64,000 bases of DNA. Origin: an uncultured virus (IMG/VR IMGVR_UViG_3300042337_000191) (Duplodnaviria > Heunggongvirae > Uroviricota > Caudoviricetes). The stretch lies in the IMG/VR virus record IMGVR_UViG_3300042337_000191; one strand, given 5' to 3'. Under the pieces are notes generated by a model, which saw only the letters and a program-made list of their open reading frames with translations, did not search any database and was not told the DNA's origin. This document shows positions 17,520-24,178 of the stretch, in pieces (the first letter of the stretch is position 1; every line of letters begins with the position of its first letter). Position numbers and translations under genes: made by a program.

Positions 17520-17536
17520 ATAATTCTTATATTCTT

Positions 17537-17564
17537 AGTATACCTTATTTAGTCAGAAAGTCAA
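17537..17564 (-). promoter_or_regulatory. sigma70-type promoter with embedded late-like ACTAAATA
   Basis: TTGACT-N16-TATACT. Confidence 0.6.
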
Positions 17565-17587
17565 ATTCTTTTTTGACTGAGAGAGAA

Positions 17588-18325
17588 TTAACTGAAGGGA
17601 CATTTCGATTCTCTTTTTTGATTTCTCTTATCAAGCTGGACGAATTTTCTCCACCCATAAAAACTTGTTTGAGAATGGAAAGACATTTTCTTCCACTCGT
17701 ATTCCGAAACCAAATGTTGTCTAATCTTTACCTTCTTTTCTGACAAAGGCACCATAATAGCCAAAGGAAGACCAATCGGAATGATAAATTCTGATGTGTA
17801 ATTCGGAATCATCATATTTATGTGAGTCGAAGAGTTTAACTTATAATCAACGACTCCAGGAAGAACTCTAAAATAGAAATCTTCTAAATTCCATTCAGCG
17901 CCAAGAAAAACAAACTTAACACCTGTCTTTTCTTTAAAAAACCATGGGCTAGTTAATTTCAAATGAAAATAATTTTTAAACCCTTCACCATATAATTGCT
18001 TATCATGAATATCACAACCAGTGTCAAACGAAGCCCAAGTATCCATTCTGTTGTTAGCAATTTTAATAATTCTATCAGACCAGTTTTCTAGAACAATTCC
18101 TCGTTTATAAAGTTCAAGGAAACCAGAACATGTCTTCATATTTGCATTATTAAATGCTCTGTTGTTTACAATCCTATAGGGATTTCCCTCTGGCTTCCTA
18201 AGATTGTCCCACCATTCTGGTGTCGCTTTATAAGCATGAACAATAGGAGTTACCTCAAAAATCATACGATGCGCTGTGAAACAATCTATTGTTATCTCTG
18301 GACTTCTTTTGAAGAATGAAAACAT
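17588..18325 (-). CDS. hypothetical phage protein
   Basis: 245-aa ORF inside the tRNA cluster. Confidence 0.75.
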   Translation of the reverse strand: MFSFFKRSPEITIDCFTAHRMIFEVTPIVHAYKATPEWWDNLRKPEGNPYRIVNNRAFNNANMKTCSGFLELYKRGIVLENWSDRIIKIANNRMDTWASFDTGCDIHDKQLYGEGFKNYFHLKLTSPWFFKEKTGVKFVFLGAEWNLEDFYFRVLPGVVDYKLNSSTHINMMIPNYTSEFIIPIGLPLAIMVPLSEKKVKIRQHLVSEYEWKKMSFHSQTSFYGWRKFVQLDKRNQKRESKCPFS

Positions 18326-18341
18326 AATATATTCTTTCTTT

Positions 18342-18415
18342 TGGTACTGGCACCAGGTATCGATCCTAGTCTACAAGATCCACAATCTCGTGTGCTACCT
18401 TTACACTATGCCAGC
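18342..18415 (-). tRNA. tRNA-His(GTG), lacking G-1
   Basis: Cloverleaf; G1:U72, A73. Confidence 0.88.
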
Positions 18416-18418
18416 ATA

Positions 18419-18492
18419 TGGATCGGGGTCAGGGACTCGAACCCCGACATGCAGATTCAAAGTCTGCGGTTCTACCATTAAACTAACCCCGA
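18419..18492 (-). tRNA. tRNA-Gln(TTG)
   Basis: Cloverleaf, CCA. Confidence 0.9.
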
Positions 18493-18499
18493 ACAATTT

Positions 18500-18591
18500 T
18501 GGTGCGTAGGGATGGATTCGAACCACCAATGTTACCGCAAAGGGAACGGATTTACAGTCCGTCGCAACACCACCGTCGTTGCCGCCTACGC
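18500..18591 (-). tRNA. tRNA-Tyr(GTA)
   Basis: Cloverleaf with long variable arm. Confidence 0.88.
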
Positions 18592-18596
18592 ATGTT

Positions 18597-18673
18597 TGGA
18601 GTCCCAGGAAGGATTCAAACCCTCAACCTTCGGTTCCGTAGACCGATGCTCTATTCAGTTGAGCTACTGAGAC
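18597..18673 (-). tRNA. tRNA-Arg(ACG)
   Basis: Cloverleaf, CCA. Confidence 0.9.
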
Positions 18674-18674
18674 A

Positions 18675-18751
18675 TGGTGCCCTTGGTCAGATTCGAACTG
18701 ACACTTTGTTGATTTTGAGTCAACTGCCTCTGCCGATTGGGCTACAAGGGC
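18675..18751 (-). tRNA. tRNA-Leu(CAA), short variable arm
   Basis: Cloverleaf, CCA. Confidence 0.88.
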
Positions 18752-18908
18752 TTTTCTTGAACAATAATCAAAACTGGATAGCATGTTCTTTTAACAAGAT
18801 AAATGCCAGGTTTCCAGTTAATAGGATTGTTGTTTTTTATTCTTACTGGTATTTCGCAATAAAAATCAACTCGTTTTGTGGATCCTATAATACCACCTAC
18901 ATGTTTCA

Positions 18909-18984
18909 TGGTGCTTCCCCCTAGAATTAAACTAGATCCTCTCGTTCTTCAGACGAGCGTGCGCATCAGCTACACCAGAGAAGC
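18909..18984 (-). tRNA. tRNA-Phe(GAA)
   Basis: Cloverleaf, atypical T-loop TTTAATT. Confidence 0.82.
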
Positions 18985-18990
18985 ATTATA

Positions 18991-19086
18991 TGGTAGGCCA
19001 GGTAGGATTCGAACCTACTCGTTGTCTTTCATCCGGATTCATGGACAACAGCGTCTCGCCACGTCTTCCTATTCCGTCACTGACCT
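18991..19086 (-). ncRNA. tRNA-like RNA without a canonical anticodon arm
   Basis: 7-bp acceptor stem + ACCA and perfect T-arm GTAGG-TTCGAAT-CCTAC, but no 7-nt anticodon loop. Confidence 0.75.
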
Positions 19087-19090
19087 ATAT

Positions 19091-19167
19091 TGGTGCCCCT
19101 GGTAAGATTCGAACTTACAACCTCCTGATTCTAAGTCAGGCATCTCTTCCAGTTGGACTACAGAGGC
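19091..19167 (-). tRNA. tRNA-Leu(TAG), short variable arm
   Basis: Cloverleaf, CCA. Confidence 0.88.
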
Positions 19168-19171
19168 ATAT

Positions 19172-19246
19172 TGGTACGGGATGACAGGGTTGAACTGCCG
19201 ACCTTCGCCGTGTAAAAGCGTTGCTCTACCACTGAGCTAATCCCGC
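19172..19246 (-). tRNA. tRNA-Val(TAC)
   Basis: Cloverleaf, CCA. Confidence 0.9.
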
Positions 19247-19337
19247 ATATTATCTATCACCTAAATTCAAAAGGAATGCTAAGATTCCTATTGATATCCA
19301 TAACACAACGAGTAACTTTAACATACTCTGTCCTAAT

Positions 19338-19415
19338 TGGTCGGGGTAGCAGGATTCGAACCTGCGACCTACTGGTTCCAAACCAGCCACGCTAACCAGA
19401 CTGCGCTACACCCCG
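19338..19415 (-). tRNA. tRNA-Pro(TGG)
   Basis: Cloverleaf, CCA. Confidence 0.93.
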
Positions 19416-19422
19416 AATATAT

Positions 19423-19498
19423 TGGATGCGAAGCGTTGGAATTGCACCAACTTCTACTGGTTTATGAGACCAGCGAGATACTATACCTCCCGCCCGCA
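19423..19498 (-). tRNA. tRNA-Met(CAT), atypical
   Basis: CTGGT-CTCATAA-ACCAG arm; T-loop TGCAATT; bulged acceptor stem. Confidence 0.75.
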
Positions 19499-19505
19499 AA
19501 ACTCT

Positions 19506-19580
19506 TGGTGCTGATAGTTGGAATCAAACCAACCTGAAACGCCTTATGAGAGCGCCTCGACATCTTGCCGACCTATCAGC
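19506..19580 (-). tRNA. tRNA-Met(CAT), atypical D-arm
   Basis: CTCATAA loop, 7-bp acceptor stem, CCA. Confidence 0.78.
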
Positions 19581-19584
19581 GAAA

Positions 19585-19658
19585 TGGCACCAGTGGAAGG
19601 AGTCGAACCCTCGCCTGCTGTTTTGGAGACAGCCGTGCTACCGTAACACTTCACTGAT
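19585..19658 (-). tRNA. tRNA-Trp(CCA)
   Basis: Cloverleaf, CCA. Confidence 0.9.
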
Positions 19659-19660
19659 AA

Positions 19661-19750
19661 TGGCGGAGTGGTGGCGGAATCGAACCCCTGGCCTTTCGGC
19701 TCTACTGGTTTTCAAGACCAGACTAGTATCCCCGACTAGATACGCACTCC
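19661..19750 (-). tRNA. tRNA-Ser(TGA), irregular acceptor/T stems
   Basis: CTGGT-CTTGAAA-ACCAG arm, long variable arm, G73. Confidence 0.8.
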
Positions 19751-19765
19751 ATTTTTATTTAAACT

Positions 19766-19841
19766 TGGTGGACCAGAGAGGAATCGAACCCCCGACCCTC
19801 TGAATGCAAATCAGATGCTCTCCCAACTGAGCTACTGGCCC
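19766..19841 (-). tRNA. tRNA-Ala(TGC)
   Basis: Cloverleaf, G3:U70. Confidence 0.93.
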
Positions 19842-19861
19842 GAAACGTATTCTATTTAGTA

Positions 19862-19890
19862 ATATTACCGCATTTTAACAGACAAGTCAA
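19862..19890 (-). promoter_or_regulatory. sigma70-type promoter for the tRNA block, followed by late-like ACTAAATA
   Basis: TTGACT-N17-TAATAT. Confidence 0.6.
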
Positions 19891-19899
19891 CAACTTTTT

Positions 19900-19990
19900 T
19901 GGCGGAGAGTGAGAGATTCGAACTCTCGGTAGACTTTCGCCCACGCTTCGTTAGCAGTGAAGTGCCTTAGACCAACTCGGCCAACTCTCC
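19900..19990 (-). tRNA. tRNA-Ser(GCT)
   Basis: Cloverleaf, long variable arm. Confidence 0.92.
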
Positions 19991-19994
19991 AATT

Positions 19995-20086
19995 TGGTAG
20001 GCATGGTGGGACTCGAACCCACTGAAGAACACCCATCTGATGCTAAAGGCTTTATAAGAGCCTCCCCGCTACCCAGCGTCACGCCC
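19995..20086 (-). tRNA. non-canonical tRNA with TAT anticodon and long variable arm
   Basis: AGGCT-CTTATAA-AGCCT arm, 4-nt D-loop, good T-arm, ACCA. Confidence 0.75.
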
Positions 20087-20100
20087 AAACTTTGTAAACT

Positions 20101-20108
20101 TATAAATA
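20101..20108 (+). promoter_or_regulatory. T4-type late promoter
   Basis: TATAAATA upstream of the Seg-like gene. Confidence 0.7.
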
Positions 20109-20134
20109 CTAAGCAGCAGATGATTGAGGATACA

Positions 20135-20767
20135 ATGAAAGCATATACTTACACTATTACCCACATTTCTACTGGTAATATTTATTACGGAGTAAGAAAA
20201 TCGTCCATCGAAGATATTGGAGTGGACTACTTTTCTTCCTCTAAACTTATCAATCGCCTCATACAAGAGGATGGTATTGAAAACTTTTCATTTAAAGTTA
20301 GAAGAAAGTTCGATACATACGAAGATGCTCGTAAACACGAAACCAAGTTTCTTCAGAGAGTGAAAGCAGTATCTAATCCTAGGTTCTATAACCAAGCCAT
20401 TTCTTCTCCGAGAGTGTGCAAGAAAGACTCACATTCAGAAGAAAAAAGAAAACAATCTATTTCAGAAACTATGAAACTGCTGTGGCAGTCAGAAGACTAC
20501 AGAAATAGACAAAAATTCAACAAACTCTCTAAAGAAGAAAGATCTAAGAGAGGAAGAAAAGGCGGTCTTGCAACTGCTAAGACCAGAACCAAGAAACCCA
20601 AAAACAAACCTACTTACAGTGAAATCTTGATCGTCAAAGACGGTAAGACCAAAACAGTAAAAAGAAACCAAGTCCCAGCATACAGAAAGTATGGTTGGGA
20701 AAGGGCGAATGGCGACCCGTACGGGGATCGAACCCGTTATCTCTGGCGTGACAGGCCAGCGTCTTAA
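20135..20767 (+). CDS. Seg-like GIY-YIG homing endonuclease inserted antisense in the tRNA cluster
   Basis: YTYTITHISTGNIYYGVR...DYFSSS; NUMOD3-like HSEEKRKQSISET. Confidence 0.8.
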   Translation: MKAYTYTITHISTGNIYYGVRKSSIEDIGVDYFSSSKLINRLIQEDGIENFSFKVRRKFDTYEDARKHETKFLQRVKAVSNPRFYNQAISSPRVCKKDSHSEEKRKQSISETMKLLWQSEDYRNRQKFNKLSKEERSKRGRKGGLATAKTRTKKPKNKPTYSEILIVKDGKTKTVKRNQVPAYRKYGWERANGDPYGDRTRYLWRDRPAS

Positions 20768-20786
20768 CCAATTCGACTTACGAGCC
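20710..20786 (-). tRNA. tRNA-Asp(GTC)
   Basis: Cloverleaf, CCA. Confidence 0.9.
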
Positions 20787-20794
20787 ATTATAGC

Positions 20795-20932
20795 TTTCGG
20801 GCAGACGAGGACACACATTCGTCTCTTCTCTCACATTTGTTACAGCGCCGTGAATTAGCCGTATATACTTGCACCATATATCCGGTCCTATCATTTAGAA
20901 CGATAGGTATATGGCTACGTATGCACCCGAAA
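20795..20932 (-). ncRNA. candidate structured ncRNA between tRNA-Lys and tRNA-Asp
   Basis: Closing TTTCGGG/CCCGAAA stem plus at least three nested stems. Confidence 0.5.
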
Positions 20933-20934
20933 CT

Positions 20935-21010
20935 TGGAGGATCCTCAGGGACTCGAACCCTGAACCTTGAGATTAAAAGTCTCTTGCTCTACCTATTGAG
21001 CTAAGGATCC
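20935..21010 (-). tRNA. tRNA-Lys(TTT)
   Basis: Cloverleaf, CCA. Confidence 0.93.
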
Positions 21011-21017
21011 ATTATAT

Positions 21018-21095
21018 TGGTAGGGCGGATGGGACTCGAACCCACATTGCACAGATTGAAAGTCTGTTTTCCTAGGCCAATTAGAAGACCGCCCC
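21018..21095 (-). tRNA. tRNA-Glu(TTC)
   Basis: Cloverleaf, CCA. Confidence 0.9.
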
Positions 21096-21110
21096 GTAAC
21101 TTACACACTT

Positions 21111-21139
21111 AATATACCCTGAAAGAAAGTCAAAGTCAA
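21111..21139 (-). promoter_or_regulatory. sigma70-type promoter
   Basis: TTGACT-N17-TATATT. Confidence 0.6.
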
Positions 21140-21151
21140 CTTCTTTCTGAA

Positions 21152-21227
21152 TGGTAGACCGAGAGGGGATCGAACCCACGACAAAGGGATTAAGAGTCCC
21201 CTGCTCTACCAACTGAGCTATCGGTCC
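21152..21227 (-). tRNA. tRNA-Lys(CTT)
   Basis: Cloverleaf, CCA. Confidence 0.92.
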
Positions 21228-21233
21228 ATAAAC

Positions 21234-21309
21234 TGGTGCTGTAGGAGAGATTCGAACTCCCGACCTACTGATTACTAATCAGTTGCTCTACCAACTGAGC
21301 TACTACAGC
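21234..21309 (-). tRNA. tRNA-Thr(AGT)
   Basis: Canonical cloverleaf, ACTGA-TTAGTAA-TCAGT. Confidence 0.9.
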
Positions 21310-21310
21310 A

Positions 21311-21386
21311 TGGTTGTCCCTGCTGGCTCCGACCCAGCGACCCCAGTCTTATCAGGACTGTGCTCTACCAACTGAGCTAAGGGACA
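21311..21386 (-). tRNA. tRNA-Ile(GAT)
   Basis: Cloverleaf, atypical T-loop. Confidence 0.85.
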
Positions 21387-21388
21387 TC

Positions 21389-21523
21389 AATTCTTAGAAA
21401 GATACAGGTTTACTATGTCACTCATTCTGATGGTTGCAATCCAGAGCAGAACCTATTTGCGACACAAGGTTTGGGCTTTTTTACGGATCCTCGCCCGCAC
21501 GAGCCTGTACCTATCTAAGAATT
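21389..21523 (-). ncRNA. candidate structured ncRNA between tRNA-Cys and tRNA-Ile
   Basis: AATTCTTAGA/TCTAAGAATT plus a 9-bp closing helix and internal hairpins. Confidence 0.55.
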
Positions 21524-21602
21524 GGAGGGAGTGATGGGACTCGAACCCACATATTTTAGGTTTTGCAGACCTTGCCGTAACCAATTCCGGACACACACTC
21601 CC
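21523..21602 (-). tRNA. tRNA-Cys(GCA)
   Basis: Cloverleaf, U73, CCA. Confidence 0.88.
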
Positions 21603-21604
21603 AT

Positions 21605-21630
21605 AAAAAAGGCGGCTAAAGTAGCCGCCC
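21605..21630 (-). terminator. intrinsic terminator
   Basis: GGCGGCTA-CTT-TAGCCGCC-TTTTTT. Confidence 0.75.
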
Positions 21631-21639
21631 TCTATTTAG

Positions 21640-21903
21640 TCAGAGACCAGCGGCCAGTGCTCGATAACCAGCAGCAATTAGCTTGCGACTAGGAGTACCT
21701 GCACGATACTTAGCGACAGTTTCGCCCTTTGAATTCTTGCGCTCGTTTAGATAGATCGCATAACCCATCTGACGGATCTGATAAACAGCGTCATGTGGAT
21801 TAGAGATACCGTAGCGAGTCTTAATCTGCGCAGCAGTAAGCTGCTCACCACGACCAACTAGAGCCTCAAGAACCTTCTCAACCTTACTAATGCTAGCAAC
21901 CAT
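21640..21903 (-). CDS. winged-HTH-like DNA-binding protein
   Basis: LTAAQIKTRYGISNPHDAVYQIRQMGYAIY. Confidence 0.65.
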   Translation of the reverse strand: MVASISKVEKVLEALVGRGEQLTAAQIKTRYGISNPHDAVYQIRQMGYAIYLNERKNSKGETVAKYRAGTPSRKLIAAGYRALAAGL

Positions 21904-21920
21904 TATATACTTCTCCATTA

Positions 21921-22094
21921 TTAAAAGATGTCGACAACTCGACCGTTAGAATCAACTGCACGGATCCGAGCTTCCGGAAACTGCCACTGCAGCTGACGCA
22001 TCCCATCTCGATACAAGAGAGGAATATTCTGAGTATACGAATACGTACGCCAGTTACCCGACTGATCCTGAAGCTGAATTTCGATCATGTCCAT
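21921..22094 (-). CDS. 57-aa hypothetical protein
   Basis: AAAGGAG SD; MDMIEIQLQDQSGNWRTY...RIRAVDSNGRVVDIF. Confidence 0.65.
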   Translation of the reverse strand: MDMIEIQLQDQSGNWRTYSYTQNIPLLYRDGMRQLQWQFPEARIRAVDSNGRVVDIF

Positions 22095-22111
22095 ATCCGT
22101 AACTCCTTTTC

Positions 22112-22309
22112 TTAGGTTAACTTAATCTTACTATATTCTTCGAGGAAAGTAAAGACATTTTTTAGATCAGCGAAGATAAACTTTTTGTTCTGCCAGCTAT
22201 CTTCTTGATCGTTACCACTAACCTCTACCATCCAACCGTTCTCGTAACGGTTGACAGTAACACTATCCGAAACATTCATAAATGAGTCACTTAGCTTAAC
22301 CGTAGCCAT
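22112..22309 (-). CDS. hypothetical protein
   Basis: ORF with GAGG SD. Confidence 0.65.
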   Translation of the reverse strand: MATVKLSDSFMNVSDSVTVNRYENGWMVEVSGNDQEDSWQNKKFIFADLKNVFTFLEEYSKIKLT

Positions 22310-22310
22310 A

Positions 22311-22739
22311 TCATCCTCTTCTAGATTTGGTTCCTACTGTCGTCAAATCGACATCGGGACCAGCATATTGCAATCCGCCTTTGTTATATAGCGGCATAAC
22401 CAGACTCGCTTTCTTCAGGATTTCCTTCTGAACGTGCTCTGGCTCTTTGTGAAGGTTAGTCATAATATCTCGCTTCGAACAATCACCGGCGACTAGCGCC
22501 TTGTCGTCGTAATGGCGAGTAGAACGATCAACCACCATAGACTCATTATACTCTTTTCTGAACGATAAGTCAAGCGATTTTTTGTCTTTTTTAGATTTTA
22601 TTTGATCCGGGTGAAGACCCTTTGATATCAACCATCTATCGTGGTCCGAGACTAGCTTGGACTTAGCCTTATTCTTACGGCTCTGTTTACGCTTGCTAAC
22701 AGTCGTCGTATAATAGGCTGGAAGAATGTGCATAGACAT
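22311..22739 (-). CDS. basic hypothetical protein
   Basis: ORF with AGGAG SD; C-terminal PLYNKGGLQY. Confidence 0.7.
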   Translation of the reverse strand: MSMHILPAYYTTTVSKRKQSRKNKAKSKLVSDHDRWLISKGLHPDQIKSKKDKKSLDLSFRKEYNESMVVDRSTRHYDDKALVAGDCSKRDIMTNLHKEPEHVQKEILKKASLVMPLYNKGGLQYAGPDVDLTTVGTKSRRG

Positions 22740-22760
22740 AGTTATCTCCTAACTTTGTCT

Positions 22761-22789
22761 ATCATACCCCTGACTCAGAAAAAAGTCAA
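22761..22789 (-). promoter_or_regulatory. sigma70-type promoter
   Basis: TTGACT-N17-TATGAT. Confidence 0.6.
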
Positions 22790-22977
22790 GCGATAATTTC
22801 TAAGATTTGTTTCAATTTCTCTACTGAAGGTTTATACTCTTGTTCAAGTATTTCTCGAGCATATCTATGATTCTCATAGTCTAATTGTCTTAGATACTTG
22901 TATCTAGAGTCAATAACAGCCTCTAAAACTATAGGCAATATTTCTGAATACTTGATATACAGTTTATCGTCATTCAT
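22786..22977 (-). CDS. hypothetical protein
   Basis: Translationally coupled ORF. Confidence 0.6.
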   Translation of the reverse strand: MNDDKLYIKYSEILPIVLEAVIDSRYKYLRQLDYENHRYAREILEQEYKPSVEKLKQILEIIA

Positions 22978-23308
22978 CGACCTCTTCCTTCAAGTTCTCA
23001 ACAACTATATATTCAGCTTCTTTACTTATCTGCATATGTTCTTCAAGAATATCTCGAACTTTGATAAGCCGATCTTCAATATCGATAATAGTATTATGAA
23101 CAGCTTTATCATTATGACCTTCTTGAAGATCAATCAATGCTGCGTTCAAATTCATATCTGCAGAATAGTCAACTTGCCACTTATGAAACTGTCCGCCTTC
23201 GTCCATGTCTTCCATCAATTTAGGTTGAGGAAATAGAATGTTTTTAATAAGTTCTAACTTTTCTTCAGCGGGTGTATTAGTTCTTTTCTCAACTTTAAAT
23301 GGCCACAT
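22970..23308 (-). CDS. hypothetical protein
   Basis: ORF with AAGGA SD. Confidence 0.65.
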   Translation of the reverse strand: MWPFKVEKRTNTPAEEKLELIKNILFPQPKLMEDMDEGGQFHKWQVDYSADMNLNAALIDLQEGHNDKAVHNTIIDIEDRLIKVRDILEEHMQISKEAEYIVVENLKEEVDE

Positions 23309-23324
23309 AATATAATTCCTTCAA

Positions 23325-23726
23325 TTACTTTTTCTTCCGACCCATATTATATTTAGTTTCTAAAGTCCATTCATGCTTTTCTTTATGGTTGATAATCTTA
23401 ATCTGACTCATTGAAGCTAATGGCTCGTTAATACGCTCTGGGTCTACAACTTTCAACAAACCCCATTCTTGAAGTAGCTGAATAATCTTATTACGACGAC
23501 CTTTATCTTCGTCAGAAAAATTAGAAGGCTTACCGTCTATAGTAAACATTTCTTTAAAATGGACAATATAATACTTACCCTGCTTATGAAAAATATGGCA
23601 GGACTGATAAAGTTTTTTCTCTTTACGTGAAGCAACACCTATACGAGTTAGGGTTTCTTTGATCTTGAGAAAATCTTCTTCTTCAGCAATCTTCACCTCA
23701 ATTAAAGAATCTAAAAGTTCATTCAT
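23325..23726 (-). CDS. regA: translational repressor RegA
   Basis: DFLKIKETLTRIGVAS...LYQSCHIFHKQGKYYIVHFKE. Confidence 0.95.
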   Translation of the reverse strand: MNELLDSLIEVKIAEEEDFLKIKETLTRIGVASRKEKKLYQSCHIFHKQGKYYIVHFKEMFTIDGKPSNFSDEDKGRRNKIIQLLQEWGLLKVVDPERINEPLASMSQIKIINHKEKHEWTLETKYNMGRKKK

Positions 23727-24178
23727 TTGACTCCACCTTTATTATTTTTATTTTTTATAAGTTCAATTTGTTGTGGCGTAAGAATCTTTAATGCTTCTTT
23801 AGTGCGCACAATATTGTATTTATAATAATTAGAAACCAAGGTTTGGAGTTCTTCTTTCTTCTTACGGTCAGCCTTTTCTTTATCAGTTTCTTTAACGCCT
23901 CTCATCTTTCTTTTTCTTATAGAATTATAAAGATAATCATAATGCATTTGATCTGTCACACCATAGTGACAATTCATTTCATTAGCATAAAGAATTGTTT
24001 CTCTATAGTTTGATAAAACGCTATTAGTTCTCCATTGGCTATACTCTGAATCAACGTCAACCTCTTTACCAGAAGTTATTGAGTTTTCAAATCTCCAGTC
24101 ATACCTTGGTTTCTGTATTTTAATTTCTTGTTCAGGCTCTTTTCTTTCCTGTAACGTAACGTCTAAAAACTTAGCCAT
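23723..24178 (-). CDS. 62: clamp loader small subunit (gp62)
   Basis: ILYANEMN...YDYLYNSIRKRK; synteny 45-44-62-regA. Confidence 0.85.
   Translation of the reverse strand: MAKFLDVTLQERKEPEQEIKIQKPRYDWRFENSITSGKEVDVDSEYSQWRTNSVLSNYRETILYANEMNCHYGVTDQMHYDYLYNSIRKRKMRGVKETDKEKADRKKKEELQTLVSNYYKYNIVRTKEALKILTPQQIELIKNKNNKGGVK

Noticed and set aside
18742..18909. 55-aa minus-strand ORF starting at the terminal A of the tRNA-Phe CCA and ending inside tRNA-Leu
   Set aside because: No motif, the SD would lie inside a tRNA stem, and chance occurrence cannot be excluded
19091..19750. Possible stop-codon suppressor or Sec tRNAs (TAG and TGA triplets)
   Set aside because: These are anticodons reading CUA (Leu) and UCA (Ser). 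Core genes are intact in the standard code, so there is no sign of recoding
16292..20818. ORF-track calls across the tRNA cluster (e.g. 16494-16796, 18499-18924, 19546-19803, 20489-20818) and the 5' extensions of 4761 and 19994
   Set aside because: They are translations of tRNA genes or their antisense strands, with no SD or protein motifs
16153..21523. tmRNA, RNase P RNA or hammerhead identity for the spacer RNAs
   Set aside because: No alanyl acceptor with tag frame, no GAGGAAAGUCC and no CUGAUGA/GAAA core found by eye; left as unknown RNAs
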